Origin: an uncultured Rivularia sp.
Lineage (GTDB): Bacteria; Cyanobacteriota; Cyanobacteriia; Cyanobacteriales; Nostocaceae
Length of the DNA stretch: 64,000 bases
Direction of reading: 5' to 3'
NCBI GenBank assembly: GCA_963665115.1
Contig: OY762007.1
Span: 928,001-992,000 of the forward strand
Numbering within the stretch: the first letter of the stretch is position 1; each line of letters begins with the position of its first letter. A program made the translations under genes and the position numbers. Positions 31,597 through 42,520 of the stretch are shown piece after piece. The notes below the pieces were generated by a model. The model saw nothing but the letters and a program-made list of their open reading frames with translations. It did not search any database and had not been told where the DNA came from.

Positions 31597-34500
31597 TTAA
31601 TCAACTCTGACGCGGAAGCGAACAAATCCAAATTGTCCACCAGCAGGTAAAGTACCCAAATTGGTAAGTACCGCACCATCTGCTGGGGTACCATTGGTAC
31701 AAATATTTTGGAAATTCGCGGGTATTGGAGCTAAAGGTGAGGAGAAATTACCGTTATCTGCACCGTTACCTGCTCCATTTACGACAATGCTACCGTTTAC
31801 AAAGGTTGTACCGTCGGGAATCAAGTCACAAACTCTAACATTTTGCAATTCTTCTCCACCTTCGCTTAAGAAGTAGATGGTGTATTCTACGATGTCACCA
31901 CTTACTACGGGTGTTTCTAAGCGAGTAATACCTACTGGTGAAGATTGTGGCGATCGATTGAATACATTATCATCTTCATCGTTGGAATCATCTTCAAACT
32001 GATTGAAAGCAACACCGCTAATAGGTGTATTTCCTCTCAATACGTTGGTAATCCGCTTCACTAAACGTAAGTTTACGGGTCCGGATGGTCCCAAACGACC
32101 GGGACGGAAACCAAAATCAACTTCGTTTGTGCTGGGATTTTCTTCGGTTAGCTGAGCCGATAATGTGGTTTCGGTGGTTGGGCTGAAGTCGGTAGGGTCT
32201 GGCAGCTTCTACGGTGTAGTTAGCCAATGGTAAACCGTTAAAGACATAGTTACCGTTATCGTTGGTGGTTGTGGTGGCAACTGTATTACCGTCGGAATCT
32301 CTTAAAGTTAATTGAACTCCAGGAATTCCTTCTTCACCTTCTTCGTTTGGTTCTTTAATACCGTTGTTATTACTATCGGTAAAGTCCTGTACTCCATTAC
32401 CGTTCGTATCGTTGAATACGGTATCGCCGATAGAACCTGGTAATCCAGTCATTCTCACCCCAAAATCAGCATCAACAAAATTTTGATTGGGTTGTAGAGT
32501 TACCGGAATCGGATTGACACCTGTGGTCAGAATACTACCGTCGGGAAGCACCATTTGTACTTGATAATTTCCTGGTGGAAGATTGTTAAAGGTATATTGA
32601 CCTGGGGTATTTTGATTAAAAGCGACTGTATCGGTGTTATCGGTGCGCTGTTCATCTATTTGGTCGTCAGAAGTACCAAAAACACCATCTTCTCCAGGAT
32701 TAATTAATCTAACTACAACACCGCTAACCCCTGGTTCTCCTTCATCTTGGATGCGGTTAGCATTTACGTCAGCAAATACAGTATCGCCAATTGAACCGTT
32801 TAGTGGTGGTTGGAAACCAAAGTCAACTGTATCAATATTTTGACCGGCTTCTAAGTTAACTGGGTTGGTTTGCGTCAGCGTTGGATTCAAACCTTGAGGA
32901 GGATTCTCAATTGTGACGGTGTAAGTACCCGGTGCTACATTAAAAAAGTTGTAGATTCCATTATCGTCCGTAGTGGTTCTAGCAACTTCGTTTCCGTTAG
33001 TATCTCGCAGAATTAAAGTAATTCCGGGGATGCCGATTTCGTTTCCGTTGGGAATACTATCACCGTTGTTGTCGTAGAAAACGAAATCTCCGATTGTCCC
33101 AACTTGTTGTGGAGAGAAACCGAAGTCAGCAGTATCGAAGTTTTCATCTGCTTGTAATGAAATATTACTAGGTGGTGTTTGAGTTGGAGTTAAACCGTCG
33201 GGAGGATTATTAACAACAACTTGGTAGTTACCTGTAGGGACGTTGGGGAAACCGTAAATACCATTTTCGTTGGTAGTTGTGGTTTGAGTCGTATCGTCGG
33301 GAGTACCAAATTGACCGTCGGGACCTGGATTAATTAAGGTAACTTCAACGTTAGGAATTCCTGGTTCACCTTCATTTTGAGTCCCGTCGCTGTTGTTATC
33401 TCGGTAAACGGTATCGCCAATTGTACCCGTCGCTTGAGTATAGCCAAAATCAGCAGTATCAATATTTTCACCTTCACCCAATGCGATCGGGTTGTTCGGA
33501 GTCTGGGTTTGACTCAATCCCTGAATTGGTTGTTGATTTTGGTCGTTAATAGTAACTCGGTAAGTTCCCGCAGGTAAGTTGGGAAAGGTGTATCTACCGT
33601 TTGCATCGGTTTGAGTTCTACCACTGATATCGTCATCAGTTAGACTTTCACCAAACACACCGTCTGGACCCGTTCCCGCATAGTTGACAATTACACCAGC
33701 TATTCCGGGTTCGTTCTGATCTTGTTGACCGTTACCATTCACATCGTTATAAACGGTATCACCAAGAGAACCCGTTTCTTGTTGCTGTCCTGCAAAACCG
33801 AAGTCAATCGTATCAATATTTTGACCGCCTTGCAGATTAATAATATCCGGTTGGGTTTGAGTCGGAGTTAAACCTTCGGGAGTTTCAGTGCTAACTGTGT
33901 AATTCGCTGGAGGTAAATTGGTAAATCCGTATACACCACTATTGTCGGTAGTTGTGGTTTGAGTTGTATCGTCAGGAGTACCCAACTGACCATCAGGACC
34001 AGGACCCGTTAATGTTACCGTGACTCCAGGAATACCAGTTTCACCTGGATCTTGAGTGTTATTACTATTGGTATCGTTGTAAACCGTATCTCCTAAAGAA
34101 CCCGTTCCTGCTTCTTCCGGTGCAAAACCGAAATCAACGTCATTATTGGTTTGATTTTCTGCTAAATCAACTGTTTCTGGTGGGGTTTGTGTTGGAGTTA
34201 AACCATCTGGTGTGGTGGTAGTAACTCGATAATTACCCGGTGTTAAATTAGGGAAGCTGTAATTACCGTTTTCGTTTGTAGTTGTGGTAGTGGTGGTGTC
34301 GTCTGGAGTTCCAAATTCACCATCATCACCGGGATTTGTTAAAGTAACTGTCGCTCCAGGAATACCAGTTTCACCTGGATCTTGAGTGTTATTGCGGTTG
34401 GTATCGTTGTAAACCGTATCCCCGATACTACCTTGTCCTTGTCCTACTGGTTCCGGTACAAAACCAAAGTCAGCATCTTCAAAATTTTGACCTGGCTGTA

Positions 34501-35919
34501 ATTCAACTGGGTTCGTTTGGGTTTGAGTGGCAGTATCTCCTTCTCTGGGACTGGTTGCAGTAACTGTGTAATTACCCGCAGGAAGATTGGGAAATGTGTA
34601 AATACCTTGGTCGTTGGTAGTTGTAGTTTGAGTAGTATCGTCACCAGTACCTAATTGCCCGTCGGGACCTGGAAGAACTAATGTAACTGTAGCTCCAGGA
34701 ATACCTTCTTCTCCGTCATCCTGGACGTTATTTCTATTTCCATCTGTATAAACGGTATCGCCGATACTACCCGTTTGCGGTGGCGAGAAACCAAAATCAG
34801 CAGTATCAAAATTCTCACCTGCTGCCACAACAATGGTTTGTGGAGGCGTTTGAGTCGGATTTAAACCTTCTGGGGGATTACTAACGGTAACTCGATAATT
34901 ACCCGCAGGCACCGGGAAGTTGTATATTCCATTATTATCAGTAGTAGTAGTTTCCGTGGTGTCGTCGGGAGTCCCAAATTGACCGTCGGGGCCTGGATTT
35001 GTCAAAACTAAATTTATTCCACCAATTCCCTCTTCACCAGGATTTTGAGTACCATCACCATTAGTATCTCGATAAACCGTATCGCCAATTGAAGCTGCAT
35101 TTGCGGGCGCACAGATAGTAAATGGAGCTAAACCGATAGTTTGGTCTTGTCCCCCGGTGAACCGAATTGGGTTCCCGGTTGGTAAACAATACGGATTTGG
35201 TCAACAGCACCACCCGGTGTTACGGAAACATTACCATCTCCATTCTCAGGAAATGAGTTTTCGGTGATACCGAAAGCTGTATTCCCGGAAGCTTGAGTAA
35301 ATGGTCCAAGCGCTTGAAGGTTAACAGGAACGTTGGCATTATTATTAGCTGCGCTGACTGTAACTCTATCTTGGAAAACTCGACGATTATCTCGCGCACC
35401 ATTACGGTCAACATCTAACAAAGTTAAAGGTGATGCCAAGCTAACTGGCTGAGCAAAGGTAATCGTAATTGTTGCGCTACCAGGTGGAAAATTACCCGTT
35501 TCTGGAGGTTTTCCCGGACCAATATTTAAACGTAGATTTGGTCCTTGAAGCCCACCATAAACACCACCATCAAATCTCGATTCGGTTCTATCGATTACTT
35601 GACCGGGGATTTCTTCAGTCAAACTAAAGACGGTACGAATTCCGCCAACATTATACTCTTGTGTTAAATCTTGCAGGCTATCGCTAGCGTTGAACTGTAT
35701 TCTTTCTGGTGCAGTACCCGCAGGACAACTTGCCGCATTTTGCGCCATAGCCTTTCCACCCCCGATTATTGGTACTTGGGGTACGCTCAACAACACCGCT
35801 AATACAGTCGTAGACACAAAAGGAGTAGAGATTTTTTTTGCCGAGTACGAAGTATTATTTGCCACCGAACCCGGCTCCCCTTGAGTAATTGCCGATAAAT
35901 GCTTAAATAAAGCTTTCAT
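31597..35919 (-). CDS. Large secreted adhesin (about 1440 aa): N-terminal domain, nine SdrD B-like repeats, truncated C-terminal DUF11 domain; split by two homopolymer indels
   Basis: ORFs 35128..35982, 32117..35005 and 31597..32094 join after correcting C5 at 35151-35155 and G3 at 32195-32197; nine (I/L)GD(T/F)V(Y/F)xD...(D)FG repeats. Confidence 0.8.
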
Positions 35920-36079
35920 TTTTTGCTTCCTAAACAACCAAAAATATTGGGCATTGGGCATTGGGCATTGGGCATTGGGCATTGGGGATGGGAGACAAGG
36001 AGAATTTCTAAGTATTAACTCTTAACTCCTAACTCCTCACTCTTAACCTTCAATCCAAAATCCAAAATCCAAAATGCTT

Positions 36080-38458
36080 TTACCTTCTTCCTTCAATTTG
36101 TAAATCTTGCTCTTGGTCAATGATTTCGAGGTCTATACCCCTGATATCCTTGAAGATGATTTCAGTACGCCTATCCCGTGCGTAATCTACAATGTCTGTA
36201 CTTCCAGGTACCTTAAGTTGGCTTTCACCAAAGGAGCGTATGGTCATTCTTTCAGGTGCAATTCCCGAACGCAACAGATAATTTCTTGTAGACAAGGCTC
36301 GTCGTTTACCCAATGCTTGGTTATAAGCATCGCTAGCTCTGGGGTCTGTATGACCTTGCAGTTCGATGACGATAAAAGGATATTGTTTGAGAACTTCTGC
36401 TACTTTGTCGAGTACTTCGGCACTTTCGTCGCTAATGAAAGATTTATCTAAAGCAAAGTGGATGTTGCGCGGTACTTGAATCTGAATTGGTTCTGGTGGG
36501 GTAACTGGTGGCGTTGGTGGTGGTGCTGGCGGTGTTGGTGGCGGTGGTGGTGTTGGTCTGGAAACGCACTGAGGAGGATTAATAGGCTCAATTCTCGGTG
36601 TAACGTTGACGTTAGGTGGAGTCTCAACCGTACCAATCTTTGTAGCTATCGCCGGTTCTGAAGTTCCGTATTTTGGGTCGGTGGCGATCGCACTAATCAT
36701 GTCCCCTGGCTGCACGTTTTCGACTTGGGCAGTAAATTCGCCGTCTTCACCCGCGCTAACTATAGTCAATGGTTCTGTTAAAGCACCATATCCAGGTTGG
36801 TATATAGCTTCTAGTCCCCGCTGATAGTCGCTCAATTTATAAATTGCAACTTCGCTTCCTTTATCGGCTTTCCCCGTAATAGTGGCGCTGCTGCCGTTAG
36901 GTGCAAAAGCTTTTTCGCTAAATCGCGGAGCGTTAATTGCACCGTTTCCAGTTTCTTTGCGTCGGTTCCCAGAGTTACGTTTGGGATTGGGGCCATCTCC
37001 GCGCTGAAAGTCAATTACTCCCAGGTTTCTCTGGCTATTAAGATCGATACTCAATCCTTCTAAAGCAGCAAATTTATTGTTGCGGATGTCGTTACGTATT
37101 GCTACGCCTCTTTTACCAACATCGTTTCTAGGAAATGCCGTAACTACGACTCCTGGCCCGGCTTGATGGTCAATTTCGTTACCAATGACTTGATGCTCGC
37201 TACCCATAACAAATACAGCCGCTCGCCGGAGTCTTCTGCCGTTATAGGTAATCTTATTATTCTGTACTAATACCTTGCCTTGAGGTTTAAATAAATACAC
37301 GCCTGCGCCGTCGTTGGCACAGATTAAGTTACCCAAAATCTGGGAATTATCAACGACACCTTCAAAGCGCAAGGCATCGGGCATTCCGTCGATCCCGTTA
37401 CCAACGATAATATTTTGCACAACCTGAGTATTTTCCGCTCGTACCGAAGTAATAATTGCACTTCCGGCATGATAAGAAATTCGGTTGTTGCGAATTGTCG
37501 CTCCTTTACTGTTGAAGGCATAAATACCAAAAGCGGAAAGACGATCGGGTACTCTTTCATCTTGAGTTATTCCCAACCAGTTATTTTCAATAACAATATT
37601 TTTCGGGGGTACGTCTCGTTCCCGAAACGGAAAGTTTCTTGCAGGGGGTTTTTGCTGACTAATATCGGGAGGAGGTAAGCGGTGAGCAATTACAATATCC
37701 CCCGGTGGAGTTGTCAGAGTTGCGGGTTCGGGTTTACCGTCGTAAATCAACGCGCTTCCCAACTGTTGCTTGATGGGTTCGGCATTGAAACCGTACATAT
37801 TTAAGCCGCGAATGGTGATATCATCCGCAACTACCGTCAAACCGCGAAATACCTCTTGTCCGGTTGCCGGTTTAATTGTCACCAAGGGAATCGGAATGGC
37901 TATTTCCGCCGTTGCCGAAGTGTTGGCATCGTATCCCGGTTGAGTACTTCCATCAATAGTTAACCCCGGTGCAGCCAAATCGGGCAACACTGTTTGCAGT
38001 TCGATAGTTGTCGCCGCTTGCGGTAAATTAAACTCAATACTGCTTCCCCCTGTTGTCGCGGGAGAAACTTGAGCTTGTTCCGCACTGCTGAGTTGTTGGG
38101 GGGTTAGAGTACCGTTGACAACTTCAATCGCTTCGCGCAAAGTTAATTGAGCATCAGCCGTTACCGCACCATCTTCATTGCTATTTACTACCACCCTTAC
38201 CGCAGGGGCTGAGGGAGTAGTTGGGGTAGAAAATTCCTGCTCTTGTGCGAATACCGCAGTGGGTGAGACCAACCCTGTGCGGAGGTTCCCTCCGTTGAAG
38301 GGATTGGCGAACCCGAAGGGAAGAAATAATATCGAAGTGGGGAAAACGTAAAATATTTTTTTATTCGGTAAAAGCGAACGGATCGTAGGTAAAAGCGAAA
38401 AATTCACCTTTAGCCTTATTACTTTAACCGTATTACTCTTTGACCTTTTCTTGGGCAT
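36080..38458 (-). CDS. Right-handed beta-helix protein with Pro linker and C-terminal OmpA-like peptidoglycan-binding domain
   Basis: LTLREAI motif, IxNNxI repeats, poly-Pro linker, IHFALDKS...GHTD...YNQALGKRRA...RRTE. Confidence 0.88.
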   Translation of the reverse strand: MPKKRSKSNTVKVIRLKVNFSLLPTIRSLLPNKKIFYVFPTSILFLPFGFANPFNGGNLRTGLVSPTAVFAQEQEFSTPTTPSAPAVRVVVNSNEDGAVTADAQLTLREAIEVVNGTLTPQQLSSAEQAQVSPATTGGSSIEFNLPQAATTIELQTVLPDLAAPGLTIDGSTQPGYDANTSATAEIAIPIPLVTIKPATGQEVFRGLTVVADDITIRGLNMYGFNAEPIKQQLGSALIYDGKPEPATLTTPPGDIVIAHRLPPPDISQQKPPARNFPFRERDVPPKNIVIENNWLGITQDERVPDRLSAFGIYAFNSKGATIRNNRISYHAGSAIITSVRAENTQVVQNIIVGNGIDGMPDALRFEGVVDNSQILGNLICANDGAGVYLFKPQGKVLVQNNKITYNGRRLRRAAVFVMGSEHQVIGNEIDHQAGPGVVVTAFPRNDVGKRGVAIRNDIRNNKFAALEGLSIDLNSQRNLGVIDFQRGDGPNPKRNSGNRRKETGNGAINAPRFSEKAFAPNGSSATITGKADKGSEVAIYKLSDYQRGLEAIYQPGYGALTEPLTIVSAGEDGEFTAQVENVQPGDMISAIATDPKYGTSEPAIATKIGTVETPPNVNVTPRIEPINPPQCVSRPTPPPPPTPPAPPPTPPVTPPEPIQIQVPRNIHFALDKSFISDESAEVLDKVAEVLKQYPFIVIELQGHTDPRASDAYNQALGKRRALSTRNYLLRSGIAPERMTIRSFGESQLKVPGSTDIVDYARDRRTEIIFKDIRGIDLEIIDQEQDLQIEGRR

Positions 38459-38500
38459 TGCTCGCTCCTATGACACCACATTTGACCAATATTTCAACAG

Positions 38501-41500
38501 CTAGTTTTTCAGATTGTTAATCAGCTTGGTTTGAGAAGCTTTATTTTGAGGAACTCGGGATTGAGTATTGTTGATAGAGGAATTTTCTCTTCCCTGCTCC
38601 CCATTCCCCGTTCCCTGTTCCCTCTTCAAACGATTAACCAATTTGCTTTTGCTTTGTGAATTCTTCTTCAAACGTTCGGTTAACTCCGACGGTTTCTGAG
38701 ATTGTTGTTGAGAACCGTTTCTTACCAAAGGTGATTCCGATTCTTGTTCTTGTTTTGGAACTGTTTTCTGCAATCCAAATCCGCCGAACAATTCGTTAAG
38801 TTTCAAGCTGACATTTAGGTATAATCCACCTTCCGAGCGATATCCGGTAAAGTCGCGGTCGTCTACGCTACCAAAGGCATAACCGACTCCCAAACGCAAA
38901 TCTGGAGTTAAGTAATATCCACCTTCTACCGCAATTCCAAATTCGTCAAAGTCAGAATTATTGTTGGAATCTTGACCAATCCAGCGTCCTTCTACTGCTA
39001 AATCGGTACGGTAGCCCAATTTATAGCTGGCTCTAGCTTGTGCTAAATTCACCGTTCCATCGTAGCGATCGCCATCGAAATAAGTTACACCGTTACGCAG
39101 CGCGTATTTACCGAAAAATTCCCATCGCCACGAAGGTGCATAAATACCTTCTGCTGAAAATACGTGTCCTGTCGCTGTAGAACTTCCCGTAAACTGGTTT
39201 TCGGGTATGGAGTCAAAGTTTTGTCGCCATTCGTATTTGAGCAAGCCGTTAAATTTATCGTTGGTTGGATCGCGATAAGCTAAACCAACTTTAAAATTAG
39301 CGGTGTCTCCCAATTCTTCAAATCTCACCCCTTGATCTGCACCAAAGTTATTTACCGAGGAAGGTAAAAACACGTTGGCTTCACCCGCTTGTTGGAAGCG
39401 TGCCAATGCTGTTAATGCAGGAGAAATCTTACCTGCCGCACCAACGGATATAAAGGTCGTGTCACCTTCGTCACCATCGCGGAATTCAAAGCGACCGCTA
39501 GCTTTAAAGTCTGGATTATCGGTATAATCCAAGCCGACGCTGTACACAGAACCGGCAAATAATCCCAGGGAAGATGCCGTTTGTCCGACTGCGTAATATT
39601 GCGGTATTCTATCTCCGGCAGCAGTCGAATTAAAGATGTTTCTGAATACGTATTGATAACCCAGGCTCATCCGCAATCCTGGAGCAATGGGCATTCCGTG
39701 ATTGACTCCTAATGCACCTTGTCCTTGCAAGCCGTTGAAGCCCGATAGTACCGAATAACGTCCGTTAAAAGTAGTATCTTTGGCTAGGTTGTAGTCAACT
39801 AAAGTATCTAAAGTAGTTAAGGAATTACCTTCTAGCAAGCTGGTATCGTCGTACCATTGATGCGCCAGTCTAAAGGTGACTCCCTCGAATGCTTGCCAAT
39901 CCAATCCTAAAGTAGTTCTGTTGGGATAAAGCGGATCGGAACCGTCAATGTTAACTTCATTCTGCGCTTGGAAAGTTAAAGATTGAGTCAGAGGAACTTT
40001 CAACCGCGAAACAATTTGCTCTGCATCGCCATTCAATTCATCGTTTGCTCTATCTTCCCGCGAACGGTTGACATACTCGACGCTAGCATCTGCAAAGCCA
40101 AACTTTTGTAAAATCCCCGCTCGGAAAGTCTTTAGTTCGTTATCTAAAGCTTCCCCAGGACGCGCTTGCGGTTGGGGATCGAATAGATCGAAGAAGTTTA
40201 CTAAACCCGTACTAGCTCGACCGAAGTTTTCTTCCACATCGTAGGATACACCCAAAGTTGTGGTATCGGTTAACTTGCCCAACAAACCAGCACCGTAACG
40301 GGTTTGTCCGGGAGAAAAGCTGAATGTAGCGTTGTTATTAAAATTCTCCTCAACCGAACGGTAATAAGCATTTAAGTTTACGCGGTCGTTTAAATTACCA
40401 ATCGCTTCGATACGGTAAGCGTTTCCGGTTAGGTCTTCACCACCGCCAATATTGCTTTCCGACCTCGCATATTCACCGAGAATCTTACCAAAACGACCGA
40501 AGGACAACAGAAAATCCGCTCCATACAGTTCAAAATCTCGATCTCCTTGGTCTTCTCTCAAATAAGAACCGGCGATAAAAGATTTACTGTCAAAATTCTG
40601 AGAGATATTAAACTGTGCCCTTGCAGCATAAATATCCGATTCTTCACCAAACTCCGGCTGATAGGTAACAACAACTTGTCTTTGCAGAGTTGCCCCAAAA
40701 GGATTAAGTTCTGTTGCCAAGATTGGACTTAAGAGTCTAATCGTGCCTCGGTCGTAATCTATTTCATAATCTCGACCGCGATATAGTTCCTGTCTCTTGA
40801 CAATAGTACCGGGACGGTTAATTTCTTCAGCTTCTAAATAAACGCTTTCACTTCCGGGAACCAACAACCGTTGTGATAAAAAGTAATTACCGCTAATACC
40901 TTGAGGAGTAAAAGTATCTCGTTGGAAACCTTCGACGTTATTGGCATATAAACCAGTTATCTGCAAAGGTCCTAAACTGTAATTACCTTTGAAACCATGC
41001 AGTTGACGAGCAGTTCCACCATAAAGTTGAGAAGGTCGAGAAAATTCCTCAGTTCTGTAATCTCCCCACATTACATAATCGGGGTCTGCACCTGGTATTT
41101 TAGAACTGCGTTCAAAACGAGCATAAAAACTATCCGTAGAAGGTGTTGTCGGAGTCACCGTGGAACTATCGCCATACACGGGATAGTTTTGTTCGCAAAA
41201 CTGAATCCCGCCAAATAAACGGTTTCTACCTTCGCAATCTTGGTTAATTGGTCGCTCGCTGTTGAAAGCACCAGTAAACAACCATTCCCCAACTTTACCA
41301 GTCGCAAACACCTGAGAATCTAAATCGACCTCGGTTCCATCACCCGCATCTGGATCGAGGAATTCTCTACGACTACCCCAGAAATTGGTGCCTCTAGCAC
41401 CGATACGAAGATTGACGATACCCGTAACTAAGGAAGGACGCAAGTAGGTGGTGAATTCTACTTGTGTATAGGCTTCTAATGGTTGACTAACAAGTTCGTT

Positions 41501-42520
41501 ATTAAATAGTCTGGTATCTCTACCGCTCTCTAACAGGATTTCTCCATCAATTGCTCTCTCCCTCTGTCTTAGGGTAGATGCAGGCTTTTTAATTTTATGG
41601 ACTGCAGCCCGGATGCGAACGGGTTGAGGTTTCAATCCTGACTGCAAAGTTGCAATAAATTCTCCATTGATCGCACGTGCCTGGAATCCGGGGGCATCCT
41701 TATCTTGGTCGGAACCAATAAACTTACCCGCACTGCTTGTCAGAGTTACTAACACATCGCGAGGAATTACTTCCCCTTCCGGGTTGATAATCTGTCCTCG
41801 GATTTGAATCGTCGAACGTCCATCAGCCTGTACCACTGGGTCGCCTACAGGGGTAATTTCAAGCTGTATCTTGCTACTACTTCTTTGTCTTGAGGCAGGA
41901 GTCGAATTCTCTTGGAAGGGATTAAGAGGCTCTCCTTGAGTTTGCCGATCTTGGGGAACTTGCCGTTGTGGCTGAATAGGCAGTACCTCTTTTTGCGGCT
42001 GTTGGATCTGCCGCTGTGGTTGCTGCTGTCGCTCAAATAAAGACCCCCCTCGTTGGTCAAACAAAGAGTCTGAGCCAGGTGTTGTTGGAGTTGGAGAAAC
42101 GGGACTGTCTCCGATTTCCGCCAGTTTGAGTAACTGCCGTAGAGGTGGCGAAATCTTAGAAGACTCCGATCTTGAAGAAGGTTTAGGCTTTTGACTTTTG
42201 CCCTCTTTTCCTGTGTCAACGCTTAAAGAAGTCTTGGAGGGTAAAGAAGTTTTATGATCTTGACCTTTAACCTCTTTTGCTGTATTCTTACCCTTTTTTA
42301 ATCTAGAACCTATAGATAATTGAGCCTTTTTATCTGAGGATGCAGCTGCTTGAGCACTAGAGCAAATCGTAGAAAAGCCTAAAATTGCTATAACTAACGG
42401 CACAATACCTGCACTACCCAGCTTCAATAGGGCAGGTAACATGGTATGGAAAAATTGCTTTTGGTTACGATAATCGTTGTTGCCAGTGGAGAATCGCACG
42501 CGAGATTGTTTCTTATTCAT
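38501..42520 (-). CDS. Very large predicted outer-membrane beta-barrel protein with a preceding Ig-like domain
   Basis: Signal peptide (AQA-A), low-complexity linker, ADGRSTIQIRGQI Ig-like start, long region of alternating amphipathic strands rich in Y/F/G. Confidence 0.7.
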   Translation of the reverse strand: MNKKQSRVRFSTGNNDYRNQKQFFHTMLPALLKLGSAGIVPLVIAILGFSTICSSAQAAASSDKKAQLSIGSRLKKGKNTAKEVKGQDHKTSLPSKTSLSVDTGKEGKSQKPKPSSRSESSKISPPLRQLLKLAEIGDSPVSPTPTTPGSDSLFDQRGGSLFERQQQPQRQIQQPQKEVLPIQPQRQVPQDRQTQGEPLNPFQENSTPASRQRSSSKIQLEITPVGDPVVQADGRSTIQIRGQIINPEGEVIPRDVLVTLTSSAGKFIGSDQDKDAPGFQARAINGEFIATLQSGLKPQPVRIRAAVHKIKKPASTLRQRERAIDGEILLESGRDTRLFNNELVSQPLEAYTQVEFTTYLRPSLVTGIVNLRIGARGTNFWGSRREFLDPDAGDGTEVDLDSQVFATGKVGEWLFTGAFNSERPINQDCEGRNRLFGGIQFCEQNYPVYGDSSTVTPTTPSTDSFYARFERSSKIPGADPDYVMWGDYRTEEFSRPSQLYGGTARQLHGFKGNYSLGPLQITGLYANNVEGFQRDTFTPQGISGNYFLSQRLLVPGSESVYLEAEEINRPGTIVKRQELYRGRDYEIDYDRGTIRLLSPILATELNPFGATLQRQVVVTYQPEFGEESDIYAARAQFNISQNFDSKSFIAGSYLREDQGDRDFELYGADFLLSFGRFGKILGEYARSESNIGGGEDLTGNAYRIEAIGNLNDRVNLNAYYRSVEENFNNNATFSFSPGQTRYGAGLLGKLTDTTTLGVSYDVEENFGRASTGLVNFFDLFDPQPQARPGEALDNELKTFRAGILQKFGFADASVEYVNRSREDRANDELNGDAEQIVSRLKVPLTQSLTFQAQNEVNIDGSDPLYPNRTTLGLDWQAFEGVTFRLAHQWYDDTSLLEGNSLTTLDTLVDYNLAKDTTFNGRYSVLSGFNGLQGQGALGVNHGMPIAPGLRMSLGYQYVFRNIFNSTAAGDRIPQYYAVGQTASSLGLFAGSVYSVGLDYTDNPDFKASGRFEFRDGDEGDTTFISVGAAGKISPALTALARFQQAGEANVFLPSSVNNFGADQGVRFEELGDTANFKVGLAYRDPTNDKFNGLLKYEWRQNFDSIPENQFTGSSTATGHVFSAEGIYAPSWRWEFFGKYALRNGVTYFDGDRYDGTVNLAQARASYKLGYRTDLAVEGRWIGQDSNNNSDFDEFGIAVEGGYYLTPDLRLGVGYAFGSVDDRDFTGYRSEGGLYLNVSLKLNELFGGFGLQKTVPKQEQESESPLVRNGSQQQSQKPSELTERLKKNSQSKSKLVNRLKREQGTGNGEQGRENSSINNTQSRVPQNKASQTKLINNLKN

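Noticed and set aside
32195..35155. Programmed frameshifting or phase variation of the adhesin
   Set aside because: Runs are only 3-5 nt, and the same kind of indel occurs in unrelated genes, favouring sequencing error.
35920..35982. N-terminal extension MPNAQCPMPNAQ of the adhesin
   Set aside because: Translated STRR; ATG at 35919 is the more plausible start.
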